A DNA stretch of 64,000 nt from the human T2T-CHM13v2.0 reference genome, Homo sapiens: the NCBI RefSeq assembly GCF_009914755.1, contig NC_060930.1, one strand, 5' to 3'. A program made the translations under genes and the position numbers. This document shows positions 40,859 through 52,018 of the stretch, one piece after another (position 1 is the stretch's first letter; each line of letters begins with the position of its first letter). The notes beneath the pieces are model-generated. The model did no database searches, was not told where the DNA came from, and saw nothing but the letters and a program-made list of their open reading frames with translations.

Positions 40859-41093
40859 CTAGGCAGCTTCTGCAGCCACCACTGAGCCTTCCTCACATCC
40901 TCCTTCTTCAGGCTTGGGCTTTCCACCTTTCACCATTCCCCTACCCCATGCTGCTCCACCGCACTCTGGGGAGGGGGCTGGACTGGGCACTCTTGTCCCC
41001 CAGGCTGAGCCTCCCTCCATCCCTATGCTGCCTGCTTCCCAGGAACATGCTTGGGCAGCAGGCTGTGGCTCTGATTGGCTTTCTGGCCGTCAG

Positions 41094-41113
41094 GAACATG
41101 TCCCAACATGTTG
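41094..41113. promoter_or_regulatory. Distal (5') high-affinity p53 response element (~-2.26 kb)
   Basis: GAACATGTCC CAACATGTTG, two RRRCWWGYYY decamers, no spacer; the canonical p21 5' site. Confidence 0.97.
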
Positions 41114-41169
41114 AGCTCTGGCATAGAAGAGGCTGGTGGCTATTTTGTCCTTGGGCTGCCTGTTTTCAG
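41100..41169 (+). other. CDKN1A: Upstream alternative first exon of CDKN1A starting at/near the 5' p53 element (start approximate)
   Basis: Strong donor TTTCAG|GTGAGG at 41169/41170; p53-RE-proximal p21 transcript variants are known. Confidence 0.7.
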
Positions 41170-41636
41170 GTGAGGAAGGGGATGGTAGGAGACAGGAGAC
41201 CTCTAAAGACCCCAGGTAAACCTTAGCCTGTTACTCTGAACAGGGTATGTGATCTGCCAGCAGATCCTTGCGACAGGGCTGGGATCTGATGCATGTGTGC
41301 TTGTGTGAGTGTGTGCTGGGAGTCAGATTCTGTGTGTGACTTTTAACAGCCTGCTCCCTTGCCTTCTTCAGGGCAGAAGTCCTCCCTTAGAGTGTGTCTG
41401 GGTACACATTCAAGTGCATGGTTGCAAACTTTTTTTTTTAAAGCACTGAATAGTACTAGACACTTAGTAGGTACTTAAGAAATATTGAATGTCGTGGTGG
41501 TGGTGAGCTAGAAGTTATAAAAAAAATTCTTTCCCAAAAACAACAACAAAAAGAATTATTTCATTGTGAAGCTCAGTACCACAAAAATTTAAATAATTCA
41601 TTACAAGCCTTTATTAAAAAAAATTTTCTCCCCAAA

Positions 41637-41662
41637 GTAAACAGACAGACAATGTCTAGTCT
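41637..41662. promoter_or_regulatory. Forkhead (FoxO) + SMAD composite TGF-beta response module
   Basis: GTAAACA followed by AGAC AGAC and GTCT/GTCT SMAD boxes. Confidence 0.75.
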
Positions 41663-41975
41663 ATTTGAAATGCCTGAAAGCAGAGGGGCTTCAAGGCAGT
41701 GGGAGAAGGTGCCTGTCCTCTGCTGGACATTTGACAACCAGCCCTTTGGATGGTTTGGATGTATAGGAGCGAAGGTGCAGACAGCAGTGGGGCTTAGAGT
41801 GGGGTCCTGAGGCTGTGCCGTGGCCTTTCTGGGGTTTAGCCACAATCCTGGCCTGACTCCAGGGCGAGGCAGGCCAAGGGGGTCTGCTACTGTGTCCTCC
41901 CACCCCTACCTGGGCTCCCATCCCCACAGCAGAGGAGAAAGAAGCCTGTCCTCCCCGAGGTCAGCTGCGTTAGAG

Positions 41976-42000
41976 GAAGAAGACTGGGCATGTCTGGGCA
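41976..42000. promoter_or_regulatory. Proximal (3') p53 response element (~-1.38 kb)
   Basis: GAAGAAGACT GGGCATGTCT GGGCA; perfect half-site 41986-41995. Confidence 0.92.
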
Positions 42001-42159
42001 GAGATTTCCAGACTCTGAGCAGCCTGAGATGTCAGTAATTGTAGCTGCTCCAAGCCTGGGTTCTGTTTTTCAGTGGGATTTCTGTTCAGATGAACAATCC
42101 ATCCTCTGCAATTTTTTAAAAGCAAAACTGCAAATGTTTCAGGCACAGAAAGGAGGCAA

Positions 42160-42176
42160 AGGTGAAGTCCAGGGGA
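42160..42176 (+). promoter_or_regulatory. DR5-type retinoic acid response element
   Basis: AGGTGA agtcc AGGGGA at about -1.2 kb. Confidence 0.65.
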
Positions 42177-42481
42177 GGTCAGGGGTGTGAGGTAGATGGG
42201 AGCGGATAGACACATCACTCATTTCTGTGTCTGTCAGAAGAACCAGTAGACACTTCCAGAATTGTCCTTTATTTATGTCATCTCCATAAACCATCTGCAA
42301 ATGAGGGTTATTTGGCATTTTTGTCATTTTGGAGCCACAGAAATAAAGGATGACAAGCAGAGAGCCCCGGGCAGGAGGCAAAAGTCCTGTGTTCCAACTA
42401 TAGTCATTTCTTTGCTGCATGATCTGAGTTAGGTCACCAGACTTCTCTGAGCCCCCGTTTCCCCAGCAGTGTATACGGGCT

Positions 42482-42578
42482 ATGTGGGGAGTATTCAGGA
42501 GACAGACAACTCACTCGTCAAATCCTCCCCTTCCTGGCCAACAAAGCTGCTGCAACCACAGGGGTTTCTTCTGTTCAG
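42482..42578 (+). CDS. CDKN1A: Alternative exon (42467/42470-42578) encoding most of a 34-aa N-terminal extension of p21 (198-aa isoform)
   Basis: NAGNAG acceptor ccccag|cag|, ATG 42482, MWGVFRRQTTHSSNPPLPGQQSCCNHRGFFCS, donor CAG|GTGAGT; 97 nt + 5 nt of exon 2 keeps frame with ATG 48783. Confidence 0.8.
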
Positions 42579-42593
42579 GTGAGTGTAGGGTGT

Positions 42594-42608
42594 AGGGAGA
42601 TTGGTTCA
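42594..42608 (+). promoter_or_regulatory. DR3-type vitamin D response element
   Basis: AGGGAG att GGTTCA at about -765, matches the described p21 VDRE. Confidence 0.7.
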
Positions 42609-42675
42609 ATGTCCAATTCTTCTGTTTCCCTGGAGATCAGGTTGCCCTTTTTTGGTAGTCTCTCCAATTCCCTCC

Positions 42676-42684
42676 TTCCCGGAA
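42676..42684. promoter_or_regulatory. STAT GAS/SIE element (proximal)
   Basis: TTCCCGGAA perfect TTCN3GAA; further sites TTCTGAGAA 40815-40823 and TTCTTGGAA 39140-39148. Confidence 0.8.
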
Positions 42685-43249
42685 GCATGTGACAATCAAC
42701 AACTTTGTATACTTAAGTTCAGTGGACCTCAATTTCCTCATCTGTGAAATAAACGGGACTGAAAAATCATTCTGGCCTCAAGATGCTTTGTTGGGGTGTC
42801 TAGGTGCTCCAGGTGCTTCTGGGAGAGGTGACCTACTGAGGGATCAGTGGGAATACAGGTGATATTGTGGGGCTTTTCTGGAAATTGCAGAGAGGTGCAT
42901 CGTTTTTATAATTTATGAATTTTTATGTATTAATGTCATCCTCCTGATCTTTTCAGCTGCATTGGGTAAATCCTTGCCTGCCAGAGTGGGTCAGCGGTGA
43001 GCCAGAAAGGGGGCTCATTCTAACAGTGCTGTGTCCTCCTGGAGAGTGCCAACTCATTCTCCAAGTAAAAAAAGCCAGATTTGTGGCTCACTTCGTGGGG
43101 AAATGTGTCCAGCGCACCAACGCAGGCGAGGGACTGGGGGAGGAGGGAAGTGCCCTCCTGCAGCACGCGAGGTTCCGGGACCGGCTGGCCTGCTGGAACT
43201 CGGCCAGGCTCAGCTGGCTCGGCGCTGGGCAGCCAGGAGCCTGGGCCCC

Positions 43250-43335
43250 GGGGAGGGCGGTCCCGGGCGGCGCGGTGGGCCGAGCGCGGGTCCCGCCTCC
43301 TTGAGGCGGGCCCGGGCGGGGCGGTTGTATATCAG
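43250..43335 (+). promoter_or_regulatory. CDKN1A: CDKN1A core promoter: clustered Sp1/KLF GC boxes and TATA-like box
   Basis: GGGAGGGCGG, GGGCGG, CCCGCC, GGCGGG, GGGCGGGGCGG followed by TGTATATC. Confidence 0.93.
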
Positions 43336-43358
43336 GGCCGCGCTGAGCTGCGCCAGCT

Positions 43359-43443
43359 GAGGTGTGAGCAGCTGCCGAAGTCAGTTCCTTGTGGAGCCGG
43401 AGCTGGGCGCGGATTCGCCGAGGCACCGAGGCACTCAGAGGAG
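43359..43443 (+). other. CDKN1A: CDKN1A canonical non-coding exon 1 (TSS approximate)
   Basis: Begins ~30 bp after TATAT (43328-43332); matches the known p21 mRNA 5'UTR; donor GAG|GTGAGA. Alternative donor CAG|GTGAAT at 43584/43585. Confidence 0.93.
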
Positions 43444-44924
43444 GTGAGAGAGCGGCGGCAGACAACAGGGGACCCCGGGCCGGCGGCCCAGAGCCGAGCC
43501 AAGCGTGCCCGCGTGTGTCCCTGCGTGTCCGCGAGGATGCGTGTTCGCGGGTGTGTGCTGCGTTCACAGGTGTTTCTGCGGCAGGTGAATGACGGGCGTG
43601 GGTCGGTGCGCGCTCGGCTTGCGCACACGGTGTCTCTATAAGTGCGCGGGTGACGAGGGTCGGGATGTGCCGGAGACCCCGGGGCGGAGAGCGGGATTAC
43701 AAGTACAGGAATCCCTGGCCACGCTCCCCGCCCCTGGAAACCCAGCTGGGGCGAGGGAGGGCGTGGACGGGACCGTTCTGGGAGCTCGCCTTTGGCTGCG
43801 GTTGGCTCCAGGCCCCAGGCGCAGTTTGCTCGCGGCGTGGGGATGAAGTCCGTGTCCCTGGAGGGGCCCAGGAAGGGCGAGGAAAGCGGAGTGGAGTAAG
43901 TTCGTCTAGGATCGGTCCCGGGTGGCTCTGGGATCCAATCTGCGCCGCCCTGGCCCAGGTCCCAGGTTCAGGTCCTTTACGCCACTGTGTCCACCACCTG
44001 GCTGAGCGCTGAGGTCAGCGCGGGCTGTTTCCTGGCCCTTGGGAATGTGCCAGGACCCGTCCCCTAAGGACTAGCGAGGAGGTGACTCACTGTGACAAGG
44101 AGACCCCAGGGAACGGACTGTATGAGGTCAGAACCCCGCCCGGGATGGGGTACAGCGGAACTCCAGAAGCCCTCTCCCCTGCCCCTTCGCGGTCTCCGTC
44201 CTCCCATCGGCACAGTGACCTATTTGGCTGGAACAGTTTGTTCCCAAGGAAGCCGGGCACTGGAGGTCCGGGACACCGCGTCGGGTCCCCGCTCCGCGGC
44301 GCGCTGTAGGGGTCGGGGAGTCACGGCCCTGCGCTGGGCGGGCTCTAACCAGCCTGTCAGTCGGGGAAGGGCAAGGGTCTCCTCTACCTCTTTCCCACCG
44401 CGGCCGGGAGAATCGCGGCCCAGCCTGTCCTCGGGTCGGGGCGCTGGACTCCGGGGCGGGAGCGGAGCCCACGCCTGGATGGGAGGCGGGGAGGGTTCAT
44501 GTCTTTGAGGGGTGGGGGGTCTGGGGGGCACGACGCTGCTCAGGGCCTCCATCAGCTGCCTCGGGGGCTCAGGGCTTCCCGACCTAGCCCAGATTCCCTC
44601 TCCGAAAGCTACAGGGCTGAGCGGAGCAGGGGGGCGAGTCGCCCCCTGGGGCGCCGCCGCCTGGCGCGGACCACAGCGCGTCCTCTCCGTCCCAAACCCC
44701 TGGGGGACACTTGCGCCCTCTTCGTGAGGAAAAGCATCTTGGAGCTGGGTTAGGAACTTGGGGCGCCCAGGCAGCTTCCCCTCTCCTTGCCTCCCTCCAC
44801 GTCGCGTTTCTGGGAGGACTTGCGAGCGGTTTTGTTTTCGTTGCTCCCGTCTATTTTTATTTTCCAGGGATCTGACTCATCCCGTGCTTTGGGCGTGGAG
44901 ATAAGGTGGAGGGGCCGGCTCCCG

Positions 44925-44948
44925 GCGCGCGCGCGCGTGTCTGCGCGG

Positions 44949-44990
<42 letters not shown>
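44925..44990. repeat. (GC)6 plus (GT)20 alternating purine-pyrimidine tract
   Basis: GCGCGCGCGCGCGTGT 44925-44940; (GT)20 44951-44990. Confidence 0.97.
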
Positions 44991-44991
<1 letters not shown>

Positions 44992-45736
44992 TGTGTCTGT
45001 GTCAGAGACGGCACAAGAGCGCGCGGTTTCCCAACAGCGGCGGGAGTTTCGGAAGCCTGGCCGGCTCAGCGTGACGTGTTCGCGGCCCCCCGGTCCCCTC
45101 CCATTCTCCCCCTCCCCACCCCAGGGTGACGCGCAGCCGGAGTGGAAGCAGAGTTTTGGCGGGCGAGCAGCGCCTTGCAGGAAACTGACTCATCACTACT
45201 CCCTCCAGCGGTCCGAGGCTCTGCCCACGCACCTCCCACCCCGCGCGTGATTTCCTGGAGGCCGGCGCCCCCTCCCGGCCCTGGCGGGAATAGCACACAG
45301 GCTTTCCCGCGGAGTGGGGCTGGCCGGCGCGAACCGCCGCGGCTACTCCTGGGCTCATCCGAGATCAACCCCTATGCCATTACCACCCCTTCAAAGGAGC
45401 ACTCCTTAGGTTCAACAGTATTCACTGAGCTCTTACTGGAAATTAAAATATGGCTGAAGTCTAAGGCAGGAAGGCCAATAAAGGAGGCTATTTTTAATTG
45501 TTTCTAAAACAAGGGTTTGCGTTTCTGAGTTTTCTTTGGGCTGAAAGTTATTATGAGCATGAGAGCAGATTTTGATGGGGGAGGAGAGGCCTATGAGAGC
45601 CATAAGAGAAGGAGGGGTGGTAGAAGAGGAGAGGGTGCCTGCCTAGATCCTAGTCCTGTCTTGAACTCCCGAGAGCCAGGGAATATCCAGCTCCTTGATG
45701 AAGCCCTAGGCGGGCGCCTCCTCCTTGTGCCTATGA

Positions 45737-46725
<989 letters not shown>

Positions 46726-48782
46726 TCCCCAAGTGATTGTGATGGGCCTCTCTGGTTAAGAAACCTCAAAATTAGAGAGGGAGTGGGGTTCAATACTACA
46801 GCACAGGACTCAGGGCAAACAGGCCTGGGTTCAGATCCTGGCTGTGCCACTTATGAACTGTGTGATGTTAGGCAAGTTACTTAACTTATCTGAGCCTTGG
46901 TTGCCTCTTCTGTAAAAAGGGAGCTAATAGATATCCACTTTTTAGGAGGATTGATATTTTTAAACTGCTTAGAACAGCCCCCAAACATAAAAATATATAA
47001 ATAAATCCCAACTCATGCCTAGCAGAGGGTGGATAGAGGTTATTTGAGGGCTCTGTCCACTGTACTGGGTGACCCCTTTATGGGGCAGTGGCCTTTGGCC
47101 TTTTTAGCTGTATGACTCAGGGGCAAGTCTCATATCTCTTCCATCTCCTGCCCTTTAAACTTGGTGTGAAGTTACCAAGAGCCTCCTCTCCCAACCAGCT
47201 GGGACGTGAAACTGTGGGCTCCACTGATCACAAGCAGTGGGGTGAGGTGGGGTGGAGCAGATGTGGCATGTGTCCCGGGCTTCCTGCCTCATGAGGACTC
47301 AGCAGAGCTTTCACCCCCAGAAACTGCAAGTTGGGACTTGTCCCTAGGAAAATCCAGTTGCTGCCAAGGTCGTGCAGTCACTCAGCCCTGGAGTCAAGCC
47401 AGAGCAGGCAGGTAGGTGCCAGGGCTCCCTCATGGGCAAACTCACTCTCCATTTTCCCTCTCCTGAAGGGGGAGGAGAGGAGCCAGGTAGACCAGCCACC
47501 TTTAATTTTCTTTTTGCCTGCAAAACGGTTTCCTTGGACACAGGCAACACGAGGCAGGGGCTGCCAGGTGTCTAGACTTCAGATCACCTGATGTGCCTGG
47601 CAGGATGTGGCTCAGCCTGGGAGAAATCATCCCTTGCGCTGCCCCGCCCGGCCCCTCCTTACCCCTAGGCCACCCGCCTGACGACATCCTTGGGAAAGGC
47701 CCTCAGCCTACAGCACCTGTCAGCTGCTGTCTGAAGGAGGTAGTTGGCAGGGGGAAGTGATAGGGGGGAGGCTCAGTAAAACTGAAGGCAGAGAGGAATA
47801 ATCATACTTCTGTTTTCAATGCACTTCTCTATACGAAGTGCTGCTGGCACGTTACCTACATTAACTCAGTTAATTCTCATGTCTATCCTCTGAGACAGTC
47901 ACTATTACTATCCCCATTTTATAGATGAGGAAACTAGAGCTCAGACAAGTTAAGTTGCTTGCCCAGGGTCACCTAGTAAAACCTGGACTCCAGCCCAGGT
48001 GATCTGGCTCCAGAGCCCTCCTGCTTAACCACCAGGATACAGCCTTTCATTCAGCTCTGTTCTGTCTGCCTTGCTGCATGGACTCTGTGATCAATTTCTT
48101 GAGTATGTGTCTGTAGCCATGCTCTTTAAACTTGTACATGGCCCCATTTATGGATGAGGAAACTGAGACCTAGAGACATTAAGTGGCTTTTTAAAGCTTA
48201 CGTAGTAACTGGCAGAGCTAGGACCACAACCCGGGTGCTTTTTGCCCCAAAGTCCCGGGTACTTTTACTTGGCAGAGCAGGGTTACCCTACTTGGGGATC
48301 TGGGTCGGGGGACTTAGGAGGCTGGAGGAACTGTCAGACTGTTTCTTCTTTTGGGAATTGACCTTCTGGCCAGGGCTGCGATTAGGAAACTGCTGGACTC
48401 TGGCAATTCACACATATTTGGGGGGCATTCACACCCATGAGGGACACCTCTGGGGGGAAAACAAATTGATTTTAGCTGATAATACCTGGTGGCAAACAGG
48501 ACCCTGGTCCTTGCTCTTGCAATAGACTTGCCTTTGTTGACATTAGCTTGCCCTTCAGTTGCCTGCTCTCCCAGTGACCTTGGTGTGCCAGGCTGGCTGA
48601 GCTCTGCTGGTGGGGGTCAGGCCTCCTGTGGGAAGGAAGCAGGAAGACCAGCTGGAAGGAGTGAGAGAGACCCTCTGGTAGGAAGACGTCACCTGAGGTG
48701 ACACAGCAAAGCCCGGCCAGGTAACATAGTGTCTAATCTCCGCCGTGACCAGGGCCTTCCTTGTATCTCTGCTGCAGGCGCC

Positions 48783-49227
48783 ATGTCAGAACCGGCTGGG
48801 GATGTCCGTCAGAACCCATGCGGCAGCAAGGCCTGCCGCCGCCTCTTCGGCCCAGTGGACAGCGAGCAGCTGAGCCGCGACTGTGATGCGCTAATGGCGG
48901 GCTGCATCCAGGAGGCCCGTGAGCGATGGAACTTCGACTTTGTCACCGAGACACCACTGGAGGGTGACTTCGCCTGGGAGCGTGTGCGGGGCCTTGGCCT
49001 GCCCAAGCTCTACCTTCCCACGGGGCCCCGGCGAGGCCGGGATGAGTTGGGAGGAGGCAGGCGGCCTGGCACCTCACCTGCTCTGCTGCAGGGGACAGCA
49101 GAGGAAGACCATGTGGACCTGTCACTGTCTTGTACCCTTGTGCCTCGCTCAGGGGAGCAGGCTGAAGGGTCCCCAGGTGGACCTGGAGACTCTCAGGGTC
49201 GAAAACGGCGGCAGACCAGCATGACAG
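48783..49227 (+). CDS. CDKN1A: Cyclin-dependent kinase inhibitor 1A (p21Cip1/Waf1), coding part of exon 2 (exon 48778-49227)
   Basis: Acceptor ctgcag|GCGCCATG; translation MSEPAGDVRQNPCGSKACRRLFGPVDSEQLSRD...WNFDFVTETPLEGDFAWERV...GRKRRQTSMT (Cy1 RRLFG, CDK-binding domain, NLS, first half of PIP box); donor ACAG|GTGCGG, phase 1. Codon 31 = AGC (Ser). Confidence 0.99.
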
Positions 49228-50431
49228 GTGCGGACATGTGCAGGGAAGGACTTTGTAAGGGACCAGGATTCTCAGAATCCATGGTCCAAGGGCTGACCTG
49301 TCTGGTCCTGGTCCAGCATGCTCCAGGTAGAAGGAAACAGGCCCAGAGAGGGGAAGCAACCTCCCTGAGGTCACACAGCAAGTAGGCAGCAAAGACCAAC
49401 TAGCTAACATTTATTGGGAATGTTCATTATGCCAGGCCCTTTGCCAAGCTTCTAAGGTAGATTTATTTAGTCCTTATAGCAATGTTATAACATAAGACAT
49501 TCTTGTCACCCTGCCCGCCTTTCTTTTTGAGACAGGTGTCTTAACTCTGTTGGCCAGACTGGAGTGCAGTGATACGATCATGGCTCACTGCAGCTTCAAA
49601 CTCCTGGGCTCAAGCGATCTTCCTACCTCAGCCTCCTGGGTAGCTGGGAAGCTGGGACTATAGTTGTACACCACTACGCCCGGTTAATTTTTTGAGTTTT
49701 TGTAGAGACAAGGTCTCACCATGTTGCCCGGGCTGGTCTTGAACTCCTGAGCTCAAGCAGTCCTCCTGCCTCAGCCTCCCAAAGTGTTGTGATTACAGGC
49801 GTGAGCCACCATGCCCAGCCCCTTGCCATCCTTTTAGGGCAAGGAAACCAGGCTCAGAGAGGTAGAGTGATTTATCTAAGGTCTCAAAGTGAATTTGCCG
49901 TTGGGTCAAGACTAATTATAATAACAACAACTACTGACGTTTATATGGGCCCGGCATTGTGCTGAACACTTTCATGGATTTTGTAACAGAATCCCTAGAT
50001 CAGCACTGTCCAGTAACTCTGCAGGGATGGGAGTGTCCGGTACAGGGGCCACGAGCCACATACGGCTGTTGTGCATTTGACACACAGCTCATGTGACTGA
50101 GGAACTGAATTGTTCATTTTATTTGATTGTAGTCTGTTTAAACAAGCACACAGAGCTAGTAGTGGTTCCTCTGCTGGGCAGCTTGACTTAGAGCAGACCC
50201 ATGGGTGCGGGTGCGGTGATGGATAAAATCACATCTGTGAAGCATGGTGGGACACTCCATAATACCCCTCAAGAGACAGAGTGGACGTTCCCCGAGTTCT
50301 TCCTGTTCTCAGCAGTCGGCCCCATTGGCCCCAGGGAAGGGTGTCCTGGCCCCCCACTGTCTTCCTCAGTTGGGCAGCTCCGCCGCGTCCTCTTCTTCTT
50401 GGCCTGGCTGACTTCTGCTGTCTCTCCTCAG

Positions 50432-50481
50432 ATTTCTACCACTCCAAACGCCGGCTGATCTTCTCCAAGAGGAAGCCCTAA
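50432..50481 (+). CDS. CDKN1A: p21 exon 3 coding part (..DFYHSKRRLIFSKRKP*)
   Basis: Polypyrimidine tract + cag|ATTTCTAC; 445+50 nt = 495 nt = 164 aa + TAA; completes PIP box QTSMTDFY and Cy2 motif. Confidence 0.99.
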
Positions 50482-52018
50482 TCCGCCCACAGGAAGCCTG
50501 CAGTCCTGGAAGCGCGAGGGCCTCAAAGGCCCGCTCTACATCTTCTGCCTTAGTCTCAGTTTGTGTGTCTTAATTATTATTTGTGTTTTAATTTAAACAC
50601 CTCCTCATGTACATACCCTGGCCGCCCCCTGCCCCCCAGCCTCTGGCATTAGAATTATTTAAACAAAAACTAGGCGGTTGAATGAGAGGTTCCTAAGAGT
50701 GCTGGGCATTTTTATTTTATGAAATACTATTTAAAGCCTCCTCATCCCGTGTTCTCCTTTTCCTCTCTCCCGGAGGTTGGGTGGGCCGGCTTCATGCCAG
50801 CTACTTCCTCCTCCCCACTTGTCCGCTGGGTGGTACCCTCTGGAGGGGTGTGGCTCCTTCCCATCGCTGTCACAGGCGGTTATGAAATTCACCCCCTTTC
50901 CTGGACACTCAGACCTGAATTCTTTTTCATTTGAGAAGTAAACAGATGGCACTTTGAAGGGGCCTCACCGAGTGGGGGCATCATCAAAAACTTTGGAGTC
51001 CCCTCACCTCCTCTAAGGTTGGGCAGGGTGACCCTGAAGTGAGCACAGCCTAGGGCTGAGCTGGGGACCTGGTACCCTCCTGGCTCTTGATACCCCCCTC
51101 TGTCTTGTGAAGGCAGGGGGAAGGTGGGGTCCTGGAGCAGACCACCCCGCCTGCCCTCATGGCCCCTCTGACCTGCACTGGGGAGCCCGTCTCAGTGTTG
51201 AGCCTTTTCCCTCTTTGGCTCCCCTGTACCTTTTGAGGAGCCCCAGCTACCCTTCTTCTCCAGCTGGGCTCTGCAATTCCCCTCTGCTGCTGTCCCTCCC
51301 CCTTGTCCTTTCCCTTCAGTACCCTCTCAGCTCCAGGTGGCTCTGAGGTGCCTGTCCCACCCCCACCCCCAGCTCAATGGACTGGAAGGGGAAGGGACAC
51401 ACAAGAAGAAGGGCACCCTAGTTCTACCTCAGGCAGCTCAAGCAGCGACCGCCCCCTCCTCTAGCTGTGGGGGTGAGGGTCCCATGTGGTGGCACAGGCC
51501 CCCTTGAGTGGGGTTATCTCTGTGTTAGGGGTATATGATGGGGGAGTAGATCTTTCTAGGAGGGAGACACTGGCCCCTCAAATCGTCCAGCGACCTTCCT
51601 CATCCACCCCATCCCTCCCCAGTTCATTGCACTTTGATTAGCAGCGGAACAAGGAGTCAGACATTTTAAGATGGTGGCAGTAGAGGCTATGGACAGGGCA
51701 TGCCACGTGGGCTCATATGGGGCTGGGAGTAGTTGTCTTTCCTGGCACTAACGTTGAGCCCCTGGAGGCACTGAAGTGCTTAGTGTACTTGGAGTATTGG
51801 GGTCTGACCCCAAACACCTTCCAGCTCCTGTAACATACTGGCCTGGACTGTTTTCTCTCGGCTCCCCATGTGTCCTGGTTCCCGTTTCTCCACCTAGACT
51901 GTAAACCTCTCGAGGGCAGGGACCACACCCTGTACTGTTCTGTGTCTTTCACAGCTCCTCCCACAATGCTGAATATACAGCAGGTGCTCAATAAATGATT
52001 CTTAGTGACTTTACTTGT
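50482..52018 (+). other. CDKN1A: CDKN1A 3'UTR (~1.5 kb) with AU-rich, miRNA and Pumilio motifs
   Basis: AU/U-rich stretches 50570-50735; miR-17/20/93/106 seed GCACTTT at 50949-50955 and 51629-51635; let-7 8mer CTACCTCA 51424-51431; TGTACATA 50608-50615. Confidence 0.92.
51990..51995 (+). terminator. CDKN1A: CDKN1A polyadenylation signal AATAAA
   Basis: AATAAA followed ~20 nt later by likely cleavage site and a U/GU-rich downstream element (TATTGTGGTTATT). Confidence 0.92.

Larger units (their letters stand above)
42250..43205 (-). ncRNA. DINOL: DINOL (DINO) divergent lncRNA region (boundaries approximate)
   Basis: Known ~1 kb divergent transcript from the CDKN1A promoter; minus-strand AATAAA (TTTATT at 42268-42273) fits the expected 3' end. 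Confidence 0.6.
43090..45350. promoter_or_regulatory. CpG island over CDKN1A promoter, exon 1 and 5' intron 1
   Basis: Very high GC and CpG density by inspection; boundaries approximate. AP-1 TGACTCA at 44083, 44873, 45186. Confidence 0.9.

Noticed and set aside
43026-45507. Many overlapping Gly/Arg/Ala/Pro-rich ORFs on both strands
   Set aside because: Expected stop-codon scarcity in a CpG island; no recognisable domains.
48729-48782. GTG-initiated N-terminal extension of p21 and donor-like CAG|GTAACA at 48720
   Set aside because: Lies in intron 1 across the branch/polypyrimidine region; the implied 57-nt intron is implausibly short.
48919-49224. 101-aa alternative-frame ORF inside exon 2 (and antisense ORF 48943-49410)
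   Set aside because: Non-ATG start, GC-rich context, no supporting features.
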